64,000 nucleotides of DNA from a bacterium (GTDB lineage Bacteria; RBG-13-61-14; DATKZS01), in the NCBI GenBank assembly GCA_963674965.2, contig CAXXFL010000007.1:800001-864000 (forward strand). Direction: 5' to 3'. Made by a program: the position numbers and the translations under genes. Below the pieces are notes generated by a model. The model saw nothing but the letters and a program-made list of their open reading frames with translations. It was not told where the DNA came from and did not search any database. Below are positions 1 to 9,920 of this stretch, one piece after another. How positions within the stretch are numbered: position 1 is the stretch's first letter; each line of letters begins with the position of its first letter.

Positions 1-614
1 CCTCCCTGCGCGAGGCCCTGGCCGCGGCTGCCGAGGACTCCTTCAACGCCATGACCATCGACGGGGACACCTCGACCAGCGACTCCCTTATAGTCATGGC
101 CGGCGGCGCGTCGGGAGCGAGGGCCTCCTCGGGAAAGGGCGCGGCCATGTTCAGGGAGGCCCTGAAGGATATTTGCCTCGAGCTGGCCAGGGAGATCGCC
201 GCCGACGGGGAGGGCGCCACCAAGTGGTTCGCCGTCACCGTGAAGGGGGCCAAGTCCAAGGCCATGGCCGACAAGGTGGCCCGGCGAGTGGCCAACTCTC
301 CCCTCGTAAAGACGGCCTTTCACGCCGGCGACCCCAACTGGGGCCGGGTCATGATGGCCGTTGGAAGCGCCGGCGCGCCCATCAAAGCGGACGCGGTAAA
401 CCTGTGGTTCATAAGCTCGGGCGGATCGCGGGCCGAGGTGGTTGAAAACGGGGCGCTCGCCGGGGCCTACTCCGAGGCCAAGGCGGCTAAAATACTCTCG
501 GGCTCGGGGTTCACCGCGCTCTTGGACCTTGGCCTGGGCAATTCCGAACGCACGATCTACACCTGCGACTTCTCGGCGGACTACGTCAGGATCAACGCGG
601 ATTACCGAAGCTGA
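1..614 (+). CDS. argJ: Bifunctional ornithine acetyltransferase ArgJ, 5'-truncated by window edge
   Basis: Frame open from window start; SFN-x-TIDGDTSTSD, DGEGATK, NSPLVKTA, DPNWGR and C-terminal TCD..DYVRINADYRS are ArgJ signatures. Confidence 0.96.
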   Translation, partial: SLREALAAAAEDSFNAMTIDGDTSTSDSLIVMAGGASGARASSGKGAAMFREALKDICLELAREIAADGEGATKWFAVTVKGAKSKAMADKVARRVANSPLVKTAFHAGDPNWGRVMMAVGSAGAPIKADAVNLWFISSGGSRAEVVENGALAGAYSEAKAAKILSGSGFTALLDLGLGNSERTIYTCDFSADYVRINADYRS

Positions 615-618
615 GCGG

Positions 619-1932
619 TCAGGAGTCCCAGGCTATAAAGCTGGCTCCCGCGTGGGGCAGGACCACCACCTCCGCGCTCGGCATAATCTCGGCCGCTCGA
701 TCGAGCAGGGGACCCGCCTGATCGAAAAACTCGATTCCCATGCCGGCCAGGGCCGGGGCCATCTTGCCCGAGGAGTTGAGCATAAGGATCGCCCTGAAGT
801 CTCGGAGCATGGTCACCAGGCTTAGCGTGCCGTGGGCCTGGTCGGGTGAAGGATTGACCCGAAGCGCCACGGGCTCGAGCAGGCCCATGGGAATTTTCTT
901 CACCACTTTTTTGGCGCCGGATGGAAGCGACTTGGGAAGCCGAAGATCTCCCAGGCCCTCGGGCGTGGCCGAAACGGATATGAGCAACCCGCCCTTCTTA
1001 AGCGCCGCCGCCGCGTTAAACAGGCTCTTCATGGTCACGCGAAGATCGACGTCCAACGGGCTGGCCCCCGCGATCACGACGTCAGCCGGGCCGCGATCGA
1101 GCCTTACCTCGGTCATCTTCACGTAGGCCGCGCGTCCCGCGTCGTGGGCCTTTCGAGGATGCCCCGCCACGATGGCCTCGACCGCGTCGCCCAGGGTCAC
1201 CGCGTTCAGGATGAAGGTCTTGGGACCGAGAAGCTCCCCGCACTCGTCCAGGGTCCGGCGGAAAACGCATGACTCCCAGGGCATGCCGCCGTTGGAAACG
1301 CGGGTCGGACGCTGGAATTTCCGGTTGTGGGTCGCCAGGATCGCCTCGAAGCCGGCCACTCCGGGCATGACGTTTTTATAGCCGCCGCCGACGCCGGCCA
1401 TTTCATGGCTCTCGATGCATCCGATCAAGACCACCACCTCCGCCTCAGCCGCGGCCCGGTTGACCGAGAAGGGTATCCCCCGAGTCGGGGTCCTGCCCAT
1501 GAACTGAAGACGCGACTTGTCATGACAGTCGTGGTTTATATATTTAAAGCGGCGGAAGGCCTCCGTCCCCACCCTCTCCTCTATCTCCTCGTCCGTCATG
1601 GGACGGTGGGTACCCAGGGCCATTAATAATTTTATCTTGTCGTCCGGTACGCCGGCGGCCTCGAGTTCCCGAATTACGCGGGGCATCATCCTCGCGACGG
1701 GGGTGGGACGGGTCCGGTCGTCGACCACGATCGCCGCCGAGGCCTTGCCCCTGGCGAACTCGGACAAGGGAGGAAGTCCGATGGGCTTGTCCATCGCCTC
1801 ATCGACTTGGGACTCGACCGGCAAAGGGCTCTCAGGGACCCTCGGCTCCAGGACCTCACGCAGGTCCCAGCCCGAGGGAAGATCGAAATCGACCGACCCT
1901 TCCTTTCCCCATGGGATCGATACCCTGGTCAT
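619..1932 (-). CDS. LarA-family (nickel-pincer-dependent) alpha-hydroxyacid racemase/epimerase; substrate not established
   Basis: Motifs IVVDDRTRPTP, ALGTHRPM, NHD, IESHEMAGVGGGYKNVMPG, ATHN; GGAG RBS upstream. Confidence 0.88.
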   Translation of the reverse strand: MTRVSIPWGKEGSVDFDLPSGWDLREVLEPRVPESPLPVESQVDEAMDKPIGLPPLSEFARGKASAAIVVDDRTRPTPVARMMPRVIRELEAAGVPDDKIKLLMALGTHRPMTDEEIEERVGTEAFRRFKYINHDCHDKSRLQFMGRTPTRGIPFSVNRAAAEAEVVVLIGCIESHEMAGVGGGYKNVMPGVAGFEAILATHNRKFQRPTRVSNGGMPWESCVFRRTLDECGELLGPKTFILNAVTLGDAVEAIVAGHPRKAHDAGRAAYVKMTEVRLDRGPADVVIAGASPLDVDLRVTMKSLFNAAAALKKGGLLISVSATPEGLGDLRLPKSLPSGAKKVVKKIPMGLLEPVALRVNPSPDQAHGTLSLVTMLRDFRAILMLNSSGKMAPALAGMGIEFFDQAGPLLDRAAEIMPSAEVVVLPHAGASFIAWDS

Positions 1933-2059
1933 AACATCTCCTTGTTTATTACGGTTCTCTCCATGAAAGTCATTACCTTTTTACCATCGCCAAATGAAAG
2001 GCGCAATTATCCGCCCATGGCGGCCCTATATTAAATGAAAATAAAGTAATGGACGGGTC

Positions 2060-2422
2060 CTAGTCATTGGCTGGAGGGGGAGTTCCCCGGTCGATAATAC
2101 CGCCGATCACCTCCAGGGCCTCGTCGGAAATATCGACAAACTCGATGCCTATGCCCTCGGGATGGCCGTCGATAAAACGGACGTGGCGGACGGCCCCGTT
2201 AATGAACACCGAGCGGGCCGGCGATAAAGGTATCTCGATGACCACCTTGTCGCCCTTCTTTCGAGTCCGGTCCACGCGGATGAACATGCCTCCCCTGCTC
2301 AAGTTGAGCACCGAGGCCTGAATCATCTTCTCGATATGCTCGACGCTCCGAAACTTGATCTGGAGCGCGACCTCAATGCGAAGGTGGCGGCGCGGGGGCC
2401 AGTATTTTCCGTTTTGACTCAT
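2060..2422 (-). CDS. Single PilZ-domain protein (TIGR02266-like)
   Basis: RRHLR (RxxxR), NLSRGGMFI (NxSxxG), GIGIEFVD; start uncertain (2422 preferred over 2473). Confidence 0.8.
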   Translation of the reverse strand: MSQNGKYWPPRRHLRIEVALQIKFRSVEHIEKMIQASVLNLSRGGMFIRVDRTRKKGDKVVIEIPLSPARSVFINGAVRHVRFIDGHPEGIGIEFVDISDEALEVIGGIIDRGTPPPAND

Positions 2423-2741
2423 GTTACTCAAAGGCGAAGTGACGACGATTATCCGCGTCCGAGAACGAGACAAGTCATATGACTATAACACGCCTCGGAG
2501 AAAGGAGTGAAGTTTTTTGTCACGCCAATAGTAAATCTTTGGACCCTCCTCCTAGCCAATATGCGGAGTCTTGGGATGGAAACGCCATAATGATATACTT
2601 TTTTGAACCTTATTGCGAGACAATCTCGTCTAACCGTAAGACAAACCCCAAGTCCAAGCGGCCGGCCTCGACGGATCGGCGGCGGAGAGGAAGATATTTA
2701 AACGCGGCCAGTTAAGCCGCTCAGCTTCAAAGCCTGAAACC

Positions 2742-4082
2742 ATGAGCGCTATGATTTCATTTATTAATAAAGGCCTCCTTGCTCTCGCCTTACTGACTTT
2801 ATTGACCATCTCCGCCTGCTTGGACAAGGAACCCGATCCCAAGAACATATTTGACGCCGTAATCGATCGGGACTACGAGTTGGCCGAGTCGATATTGGAC
2901 TTGAACCCCGAGGCCGTGAACCAAGTGGTAACCAGTTCAGGGCATACTCCCATTTATTACGCGGCCGCAAACGCCGACCTCAAGATGATCGACCTGCTCC
3001 TCTCCAGGGGCGCCGAGCTAAAAGGAGACTTTCAAACTCCCGTTCACGGGGCGGCCTCGTCCGGCGACCTGGAGGTCATCCTGTACCTGCACGAAAAAGG
3101 AGCTGACCTGGAGGATGAGTATTGGAGCCCATATTTTACCTCGGTCGAGAAAAAAAATATCGATCTTTGCGAGCTTTGCATTGAACTCGGTCTTGATCCG
3201 GATAAAAAAGACAACCGGGGAAAAACCGCCTTGCACGAGGCGGCCTCGTTACGGAAAAATCAAGCCATGATTGATTGCCTTTTGCGAGGAGGGGCTGACC
3301 TGGAAGCAAGAGACAACGGTGGAAGCACTCCTCTTTTTTACGCGTGCGCGGTAAAGGATGCTTTTATCGCCCGGCGCCTGATACTGGCGGGGGCCAACGT
3401 AAACGTCGTCAACGACATGGGAGATACGCCTCTTCACGTCGCGGCCGGGTCTGGACAGCGAAATACTCTCATCTTTCTTCTGGTTTCCGGAGCCGATCCC
3501 AACGCGGTAAATAATCAAGGTTGCACGCCTCTTAACGAGGCCTTGATGAGAGGACGAAAACCAGAGATATCGGAATTACTTTTAAAACACGGCGCCAAAC
3601 CAGACGCCTTCGCCCTGGTGATGCTTCAAAGAAAAGAAGAACTTAAAAGAATGCTTGATGACAACCCGGGGTTATCCAACGCGGAACTGAATGATAGGCC
3701 AATAATGTATTTCGCGATCGTCTCCAGAAACGAGGATATTATTAATCTACTTTTCGACCACGGCGCCGACCCGAACTATACTTTCAGTAAAAACGGGGAG
3801 GGCCTTGTCCATGTCTCGATGCGCCACTATAGCCCCAGACCCTTGATCGAGCGTGGAGCGCCGATCGATAAAAAAGACTATAAAGGCCGTACCCCGCTTC
3901 ACTTTGCCGCTCGAAATGGTTATTTGTATGGGGTTAAAACCCTGCTCGAATGCGGAGCCGACGTCAACGCCAGAGATATTTACGGTAGAACTCCGCTTTA
4001 CTACTCGATGGACAATAACACATCATGGGCTTCAAGCGGTGAGATCGCCGTACTTTTAAAAAAGCATGGCGGGACCGAATAA
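2742..4082 (+). CDS. Ankyrin-repeat lipoprotein
   Basis: Hydrophobic N-terminus ending LTISA-C (lipobox); many G-x-TPLH/TALH...GAD-N repeats. Confidence 0.88.
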   Translation: MSAMISFINKGLLALALLTLLTISACLDKEPDPKNIFDAVIDRDYELAESILDLNPEAVNQVVTSSGHTPIYYAAANADLKMIDLLLSRGAELKGDFQTPVHGAASSGDLEVILYLHEKGADLEDEYWSPYFTSVEKKNIDLCELCIELGLDPDKKDNRGKTALHEAASLRKNQAMIDCLLRGGADLEARDNGGSTPLFYACAVKDAFIARRLILAGANVNVVNDMGDTPLHVAAGSGQRNTLIFLLVSGADPNAVNNQGCTPLNEALMRGRKPEISELLLKHGAKPDAFALVMLQRKEELKRMLDDNPGLSNAELNDRPIMYFAIVSRNEDIINLLFDHGADPNYTFSKNGEGLVHVSMRHYSPRPLIERGAPIDKKDYKGRTPLHFAARNGYLYGVKTLLECGADVNARDIYGRTPLYYSMDNNTSWASSGEIAVLLKKHGGTE

Positions 4083-4274
4083 TCCCATCGCGGTTTTTTA
4101 GCTTCCCGCGAAAAACGATCCGATCCCAGATCGGCGCTCTTTGGAGCTTTGAACGTCAATAACCCGTTAGCGCTCCCGAGAAAATTCGAAGCCGGGTGGC
4201 ATAGTCTATAGAAATATGCTTTTTTATGAGTAATAGAACCTTGGCCTCGCGCCCTCGTTCAATTTATTGGGACG

Positions 4275-5666
4275 GTGAAATTGAGAAAACACGGACCAAA
4301 CATCACGGCTATATACTTTGCTTTTTTTACGGCCCTCATGCTTTTGGCCGGCGGTTGCGGCCATGAGATTCATCACGAGGCCCGGTCCGGCAACCTGAAA
4401 AAGGTGAGGGCCCTGGTCGAGAAGGACCCGACCCTGGTCCACGCCCGGGACATGCTGGGGGCCACGCCCCTCCACAAGGCCGCGGCCAAGGGACACCTGG
4501 AGGTGGCCGAGTTCCTGGTGGAGAACGGGGCCGACGTCAACGCCAGGAACCTTAACTGGACCACCTCCCTGCACCGGGCCTCGGTCAAGGGGCGCGAAGA
4601 GGTCGTAAAATACCTGATCGAAAAAGGCGCCGACATTAACGCCAAGACCAGGCAGGGAAACGCTCCCCTGCACCTGGCGGCCCAGAAGGGGGAGGACGAC
4701 GTCGCCGAACTATTGCTCGAGGCGGGGGCCGAGGTCGATATTGAAGACAACCTGGGCCGGACCCCGCTGTCGGAGGCCGCCGAGCGCGACCGCCGCAAGA
4801 TCATGTCCATGCTGATCGAGAAGGGCGCCAAGGTGAACTCGAGCGACGACAAGGGCCTTACGCCCCTTCATCACGCGTCTCAAAACGGAAAATACAAGGC
4901 CGCCAGGCTGCTGATAGAAAAGGGAGCGGCGATCGACGCCGCCGACCAATGCTCGATGACTCCCCTCCGCCTGGCGGCCGTGAGCGGGGAGAAGAAAACC
5001 GCCGACCTCCTGCTCGATCACGGCGCCAGGCCCGACGCCTACGCCTTCGCGGCCCTGGGAGACGTCCGCGCCCTCGGGAAAGCGCTTGACGAGGACCCGG
5101 GTCTGGTGGGGAAAAAGCTCGATTGCCACGAAAACGAGCTTATCCATCTCGCGGCCATGAGGGGAAAAGTGAACGCCGCCGAGGAACTTCTTAAAAGAGG
5201 GGCCAACGTGAACGCGACCCGCGAGCGCGAGGAGACGCCCCTCCACCTCGCGGTCCAGTCGAACTCGATCGAGATGACCGGATTTCTGCTGGAAAAGGGC
5301 GCCGACGTGGAGGCTAAATCCAGCTACGGCTCCCCCCTTTGCATAGCCGCCGACCGAAACGATCCGGAGATAGCCGGGCTCCTTATTAAATCGGGGGCCG
5401 ACGTTAACGCCGATTGCTCCGGTGGAAGAAGCCCTCTTCACCAGGCGGTAATCTCGGGGAGGACCCCGACGGTCCGGTTGCTCATCCAAAAGGGAGGCAA
5501 GGTGAACGCGATCGACGACGAGGGGTGGACCCCGCTGAAATGGGCTATATTCTATAATAACGACGAGAAGGCGCAAATACTGAGACAAAACGGGGCCGCC
5601 GAGCCTTCCGGCCCCATGGTAACGGCTCCTCTTGGCCAGGACACGGTGGAGGAGGAAGACGAGTGA
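4275..5666 (+). CDS. Ankyrin-repeat protein, probable lipoprotein
   Basis: Signal-like N-terminus with LLAGG-C; about 11 GxTPLH..A...GADVNA repeats; GTG start. Confidence 0.88.
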   Translation: MKLRKHGPNITAIYFAFFTALMLLAGGCGHEIHHEARSGNLKKVRALVEKDPTLVHARDMLGATPLHKAAAKGHLEVAEFLVENGADVNARNLNWTTSLHRASVKGREEVVKYLIEKGADINAKTRQGNAPLHLAAQKGEDDVAELLLEAGAEVDIEDNLGRTPLSEAAERDRRKIMSMLIEKGAKVNSSDDKGLTPLHHASQNGKYKAARLLIEKGAAIDAADQCSMTPLRLAAVSGEKKTADLLLDHGARPDAYAFAALGDVRALGKALDEDPGLVGKKLDCHENELIHLAAMRGKVNAAEELLKRGANVNATREREETPLHLAVQSNSIEMTGFLLEKGADVEAKSSYGSPLCIAADRNDPEIAGLLIKSGADVNADCSGGRSPLHQAVISGRTPTVRLLIQKGGKVNAIDDEGWTPLKWAIFYNNDEKAQILRQNGAAEPSGPMVTAPLGQDTVEEEDE

Positions 5667-5708
5667 GACGGTCCCCATTGTGGGTCGGTCTTGCAAGGAG
5701 AGGGTGAT

Positions 5709-6362
5709 ATGAAAACTTTAAAGACGATTATCGCGGTTTCTCTTATAACGGTCTTTGTCGCCTTTTCGGCCCAGGCCGGACAGATTCACTGGGCGGCCAA
5801 AGCGGGAAACCTGGACAAGATCGAGAAGATTCTCATAAAACATCCGGACGCCATCGACTCGAAAGGGTTCAAGGGGTTTACGCCACTCCACCTGGCCATT
5901 AAGTTCAACCACAAGGAGGTCGTTAAAGCCCTGCTGGAAAAAGGCGCCAACGTCAACGCCAAGGACGGCAGGTTCGGCAGCACGCCCCTGCACGTGGTGG
6001 CGGTGACGGGAAACGACGCCATCGCCAGGCTTCTGGTGGAAAAGGGAGCGGACTTGAACGTGGAGGCCGCTTATGGAATGACGCCCCTTTTCATGGCCGC
6101 CTTCGAGCAGAACACGACGGTGGCGAGGCTTTTCCTCAAGAACGGGGCCGAGGTCAACGCCAAGGACGCCCAGGGATGGACGGCCCTTCACGTGGCGGCC
6201 TTTTTCGGCAATGAAAACATGGCCAAGCTGCTTATCGATTATGGAGCGGACGTGAACGCCATGGACAAGGAAGGCACGACGCCCATGCAGTTGGCCAAGA
6301 AGAAGAAACACCTGGAAGTGATCGAGCTCCTGCGGAACAAGGGGGCCGGCGAAATCATTTAA
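5709..6362 (+). CDS. Exported ankyrin-repeat protein
   Basis: GGAG RBS, ATG 5709, Sec signal MKTLKTIIAVSLITVFVAFSAQA, 5-6 ankyrin repeats. Confidence 0.9.
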   Translation: MKTLKTIIAVSLITVFVAFSAQAGQIHWAAKAGNLDKIEKILIKHPDAIDSKGFKGFTPLHLAIKFNHKEVVKALLEKGANVNAKDGRFGSTPLHVVAVTGNDAIARLLVEKGADLNVEAAYGMTPLFMAAFEQNTTVARLFLKNGAEVNAKDAQGWTALHVAAFFGNENMAKLLIDYGADVNAMDKEGTTPMQLAKKKKHLEVIELLRNKGAGEII

Positions 6363-6547
6363 AGGCCAACTCCGCGGTCTTCCAAGCCCGCTCTTTCTTA
6401 ATCTGCTTACCATCGGGTCGCCAGGCGAAAAGAGGTCCGTACCCATGGGCCCATTCGTGTCTCTTTTCATTTGCCGCTGTCCATTTCGGATTATTTGGGT
6501 TATAACATAGGTATTGCCTCACGTACCCGTTGGAAAGGAGTAATCCG

Positions 6548-7633
6548 ATGGCTCAAAAGGACGCTGAACTTGAAAGGGCGATAAGACGCGCCCTGGGCAA
6601 GCCCAGCGGAGATATCAGGAAGTCCGACTTGGCCGGTATGACCGAATTGGAGGCCAGCGGCCTCGGGATCAAATACCTTTTCGGTATCCAATTCTGCTCG
6701 TCGCTAAAAACCCTCGACCTTTCATACAACGCCGTCTCCGATCTGGCTCCCCTTAAAGAACTGCCCAGTCTGGAAACGCTGATCCTCGATGGAAACGAGA
6801 TTTCCAATATTTCCGCCCTGTCGTCCCTGTCCAACTTGAAAAAACTCGACCTGACGGGAAACGCGGGGATCAGCGACCTCTCTTCCCTCGCGTCCCTCAC
6901 CCGTCTCGAGGTCCTTTACCTGTCGCATAATTACGAAGTCCAGGACCTGGGCCCGCTCGCCGGCCTCGTGAACCTGACCGAGCTGTCCATAGCCGGAAAC
7001 GACGAGGTTTCCGCCCTGGCCTCGATCGGGACCCTTACCAGCCGGGCCTGGATTAAGCTTCAACACTGCGAGATAAAAGACTTAAGCCCGCTGTCGAAAA
7101 TGACCCGGATGAAAAAACTGGACCTCTCGGGAAACAAAATCGAGGATATCTCTCCCCTGGCCGGCATGATCGAGCTCGAGTCCCTCAAATCCTCGGGGAA
7201 CAGGGCCGGCAACCTCGAGCCCCTCAGGCTCCTGACCAACCTCGAGTACATCAACCTCTCGGGCAACAAGGTCCACGACTTGAGTCCCATATCCGGCCTT
7301 ATCAACCTGAAAACCTTGAGCCTCGCCGCCAACGGAGTCTCCGATATATCTCCGCTCGCCGGCCTGCGCAACCTGGAAAGACTGAACCTGGAGCACAACC
7401 TTATCAAGGACGTCACGGCTCTGGCCGGCCTTTCCTCGTTGCGCGAATTGTCGATATACAAGAACGAGATCGAGGACATAGGCCCCCTGGTGGAAAACTC
7501 CAGGTCCGGCGGACTTGGCCAGGGGGACAGGGTGCACATGGGGAAAAATCCTCTCTCCGATAAATCCTTGAACGAGCACGCCTCTTACTTGAAGGAACGA
7601 GGAGTAAAGGTCAGGTTGGAAAGGAAATCTTAG
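6548..7633 (+). CDS. Internalin-like leucine-rich-repeat protein
   Basis: AAGGAG RBS; 22-aa LxxLxxLxLxxNxIxDLxPL repeats with N-cap (D..LE.AIR.AL.K) and C-cap (NPLS...L..RGV.V); no signal peptide. Confidence 0.9.
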   Translation: MAQKDAELERAIRRALGKPSGDIRKSDLAGMTELEASGLGIKYLFGIQFCSSLKTLDLSYNAVSDLAPLKELPSLETLILDGNEISNISALSSLSNLKKLDLTGNAGISDLSSLASLTRLEVLYLSHNYEVQDLGPLAGLVNLTELSIAGNDEVSALASIGTLTSRAWIKLQHCEIKDLSPLSKMTRMKKLDLSGNKIEDISPLAGMIELESLKSSGNRAGNLEPLRLLTNLEYINLSGNKVHDLSPISGLINLKTLSLAANGVSDISPLAGLRNLERLNLEHNLIKDVTALAGLSSLRELSIYKNEIEDIGPLVENSRSGGLGQGDRVHMGKNPLSDKSLNEHASYLKERGVKVRLERKS

Positions 7634-7688
7634 CCGGCCGCCGGCATGGTCGGCCCTCGAGCGATATATCGGTACGCGCCCGATTTAG

Positions 7689-7717
7689 TTGATATCGCCG
7701 GCCAAACATTATAATAT
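7689..7717 (+). promoter_or_regulatory. Putative sigma70 promoter of FHA gene
   Basis: TTGATA at 7689 with TATAAT (7710) or TAATAT (7712, 17-nt spacer). Confidence 0.45.
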
Positions 7718-7767
7718 GAACGCGTTAATCTTCAAGATCGCTTAGGATTTCAGTATAAAGGAGGCTT

Positions 7768-8169
7768 ATGATGGCTAACGCCAAGGGTACGATGCATATC
7801 GAGGAGGCCAGGAAAAGACTTCGCGACGACATTCAGGTCCTTCTCAGCGTCACGAACGGGCCGGACTCCGGCAAGAAATTTGAAATCGAGTACCTGGAGA
7901 TATCGCTGGGGAGGGGCGGAAGCGGCAACGATTACGACGTCGAGTTCACCGACAACTACATCAGCGGCTCGGCCGGCGCCCACGCCTTCATCAATTTCAG
8001 CGGGAAGAACATTTACATCCAGGACAACGAAAGCACCAACGGCACCTTCGTTGACGGAAAGCAGGCCCATCCCCGGGAGATCGAGGAAATCATTCCGGGC
8101 AAGACCGTGGTCCGGCTGGGCAAGAAGACCGAGTTTAAAATCGATATCAGGAAACGCCCCAAAGCGTAA
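7768..8169 (+). CDS. Stand-alone FHA-domain protein
   Basis: AAGGAGG RBS; LGRG, IS..AH and D.ESTNGTFVDG FHA motifs. Confidence 0.88.
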   Translation: MMANAKGTMHIEEARKRLRDDIQVLLSVTNGPDSGKKFEIEYLEISLGRGGSGNDYDVEFTDNYISGSAGAHAFINFSGKNIYIQDNESTNGTFVDGKQAHPREIEEIIPGKTVVRLGKKTEFKIDIRKRPKA

Positions 8170-8354
8170 AGGCCGTTTTCAGCGGGACTCTCCAATTCCA
8201 CCCGCGAGTGGAAACAAAGGGGAAGCGGCGATCGACTCTCGCCCGCGCGGCCGCCGGGAGTAAGGCGGGGCGCGGGCTTCTTTTTGGACGTGGCCGGCCC
8301 GCGACGAAGTGGAGACCGCGTTGCAACGCGGCCCGGATTCTTGGAGGAAATGAA

Positions 8355-9818
8355 TTGATTTGTCCAGTCTGTGAAAAGGAAATCGCCGACGGGTCCACCT
8401 TCTGCGACAAGTGCGGCGCCAGGTTTGCCCCTCCTAAACCCAAAGACGCGGCGCCTAAACAAGAAGCCGCCGCGCCCGGACAGAGTTACGAGAAAAGCCT
8501 GGAGATACTGGACAAAAGTTTCCTGCAAGGCAAGATCAGCTCGGAAGAGTACATGATGCTGAAGGAAGAGCTGAATGAGCGCTTTAAAAAGGCCGGGGCC
8601 TCTCCGGTCCAGGAAGTTGAGGAGGGGGCCGATTACGATGATTTTTCATGGGAAAGCTCCGACTCGGCCGAGGTGGACGAGACTTTAACGGACGGCGAGA
8701 TGGTCGAGTGTCCCATTTGCGGAAAGACGATCGGCAAGGACAGCGGCTTCTGGTGCAAGAAATGCAATCGCGATTATATCTGCTTCGAGCACCGCCATCC
8801 TCGGACGGGCCACTGCTCGGAATGCATGGCCCCACCCAAGCCCAAGGAGGTCGTGCATGAGCCCCCCCCCGAGCCCGAGAAGCCGAAGGTTAACCCGGCC
8901 CTACTCAAGGAATTCAAGATCATGCGCGGGCACGTGGCCGGGATCAACTCCATGCACGTCTGCAAGGACGGCAAACAACTCGTGACCTCCAGCAACGACA
9001 CGACCATGAAGATATGGAACATCAGGAGCGGAAAGGTCGCCCAGTCCCATCCTGGAATCGACGTGCCTTTCAACTCCGTCAAGTTCGCGCCGGACAAAAA
9101 GTTCGTGCTCGCCGGCGGCCGGGACTCGAAAGTCTACGTGTGGGAGCTGTTCACGGGAAAAATCTTCAAGATCGGGACCCACGACAACGAGGTCACGGCG
9201 GTGGCCATCTCTCCGGACGGCGCCTTTGCCTTCTCCTCCTCCGTGGACGGCAAGGTCTGCCAGTGGGAAATCACCCCCTACGAGAAGCCGCCTCACGTCT
9301 TTCAGGAGGGCAACGGGCCCGTCAACGACATGGCCCTGTCCCCTGACGGACAAAGGCTGATCGCCGGCGGCGACGATAATATCGTCAGGGTCTACTCCGT
9401 GGAAACGGGCAAATTGGAAGCCGAGCTCTCGGGACACGACAAGGAAATACTTTCCGTCGCCTTTTCCTCGGACGGCGAGAGCGCGGTCACGGGCGGCAAG
9501 GACAAGGCCCTTAAGCTGTGGGAGGTCTCGTCGGGCGAGTTGGCGGGCGGTTTCGAGACCGTGGGGTTCGTCACCGCGGCGGCCATCTCCCCGGACAAAA
9601 GGTACCTGCTTTCCGGGGAGGGGGCGGTTGGAGAAGAGACCGGCCGCTCCGGATCCGAGTTCGAGGTTACCCTCTGGGACCTCGAGACGGGAGAGGACGT
9701 GAGAAACTACGTGGGACACGAGGACTCGATAACTTCGGTCATGTTTCTGCCCTATTCCAAGTTCGTGGCTTCCGCCTCGGCCGACAACACCATCAGGACC
9801 TGGAGGGTCCCGGAATAA
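8355..9818 (+). CDS. Zinc-ribbon / SHOCT-like / Zn-finger / WD40 beta-propeller protein
   Basis: GGAGG at 8343 then in-frame TTG 8355; CPVC..CDKCG; L...GKISSEEY..LK.EL; CPIC..CKKC..C..H..C..C; about 7 WD40 repeats. Confidence 0.82.
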   Translation: MICPVCEKEIADGSTFCDKCGARFAPPKPKDAAPKQEAAAPGQSYEKSLEILDKSFLQGKISSEEYMMLKEELNERFKKAGASPVQEVEEGADYDDFSWESSDSAEVDETLTDGEMVECPICGKTIGKDSGFWCKKCNRDYICFEHRHPRTGHCSECMAPPKPKEVVHEPPPEPEKPKVNPALLKEFKIMRGHVAGINSMHVCKDGKQLVTSSNDTTMKIWNIRSGKVAQSHPGIDVPFNSVKFAPDKKFVLAGGRDSKVYVWELFTGKIFKIGTHDNEVTAVAISPDGAFAFSSSVDGKVCQWEITPYEKPPHVFQEGNGPVNDMALSPDGQRLIAGGDDNIVRVYSVETGKLEAELSGHDKEILSVAFSSDGESAVTGGKDKALKLWEVSSGELAGGFETVGFVTAAAISPDKRYLLSGEGAVGEETGRSGSEFEVTLWDLETGEDVRNYVGHEDSITSVMFLPYSKFVASASADNTIRTWRVPE

Positions 9819-9920
9819 TCCACCATGACCGCGCGGTTTCAGGCCACGGGAAACGGCCTTTCCCTATTTCATCGGCTTGGACCGCGTCCGGCCTTTCGCC
9901 CCGCTTGGAGGTAACCGCGA

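Noticed and set aside
2479-2715. 78-aa ORF between PilZ and ankyrin genes
   Set aside because: No RBS or motif; lies in a divergent promoter gap
8208-8354. N-terminal extension of the Zn/WD40 ORF
   Set aside because: Arg-rich junk; GGAGG-TTG at 8355 starts exactly at the zinc ribbon
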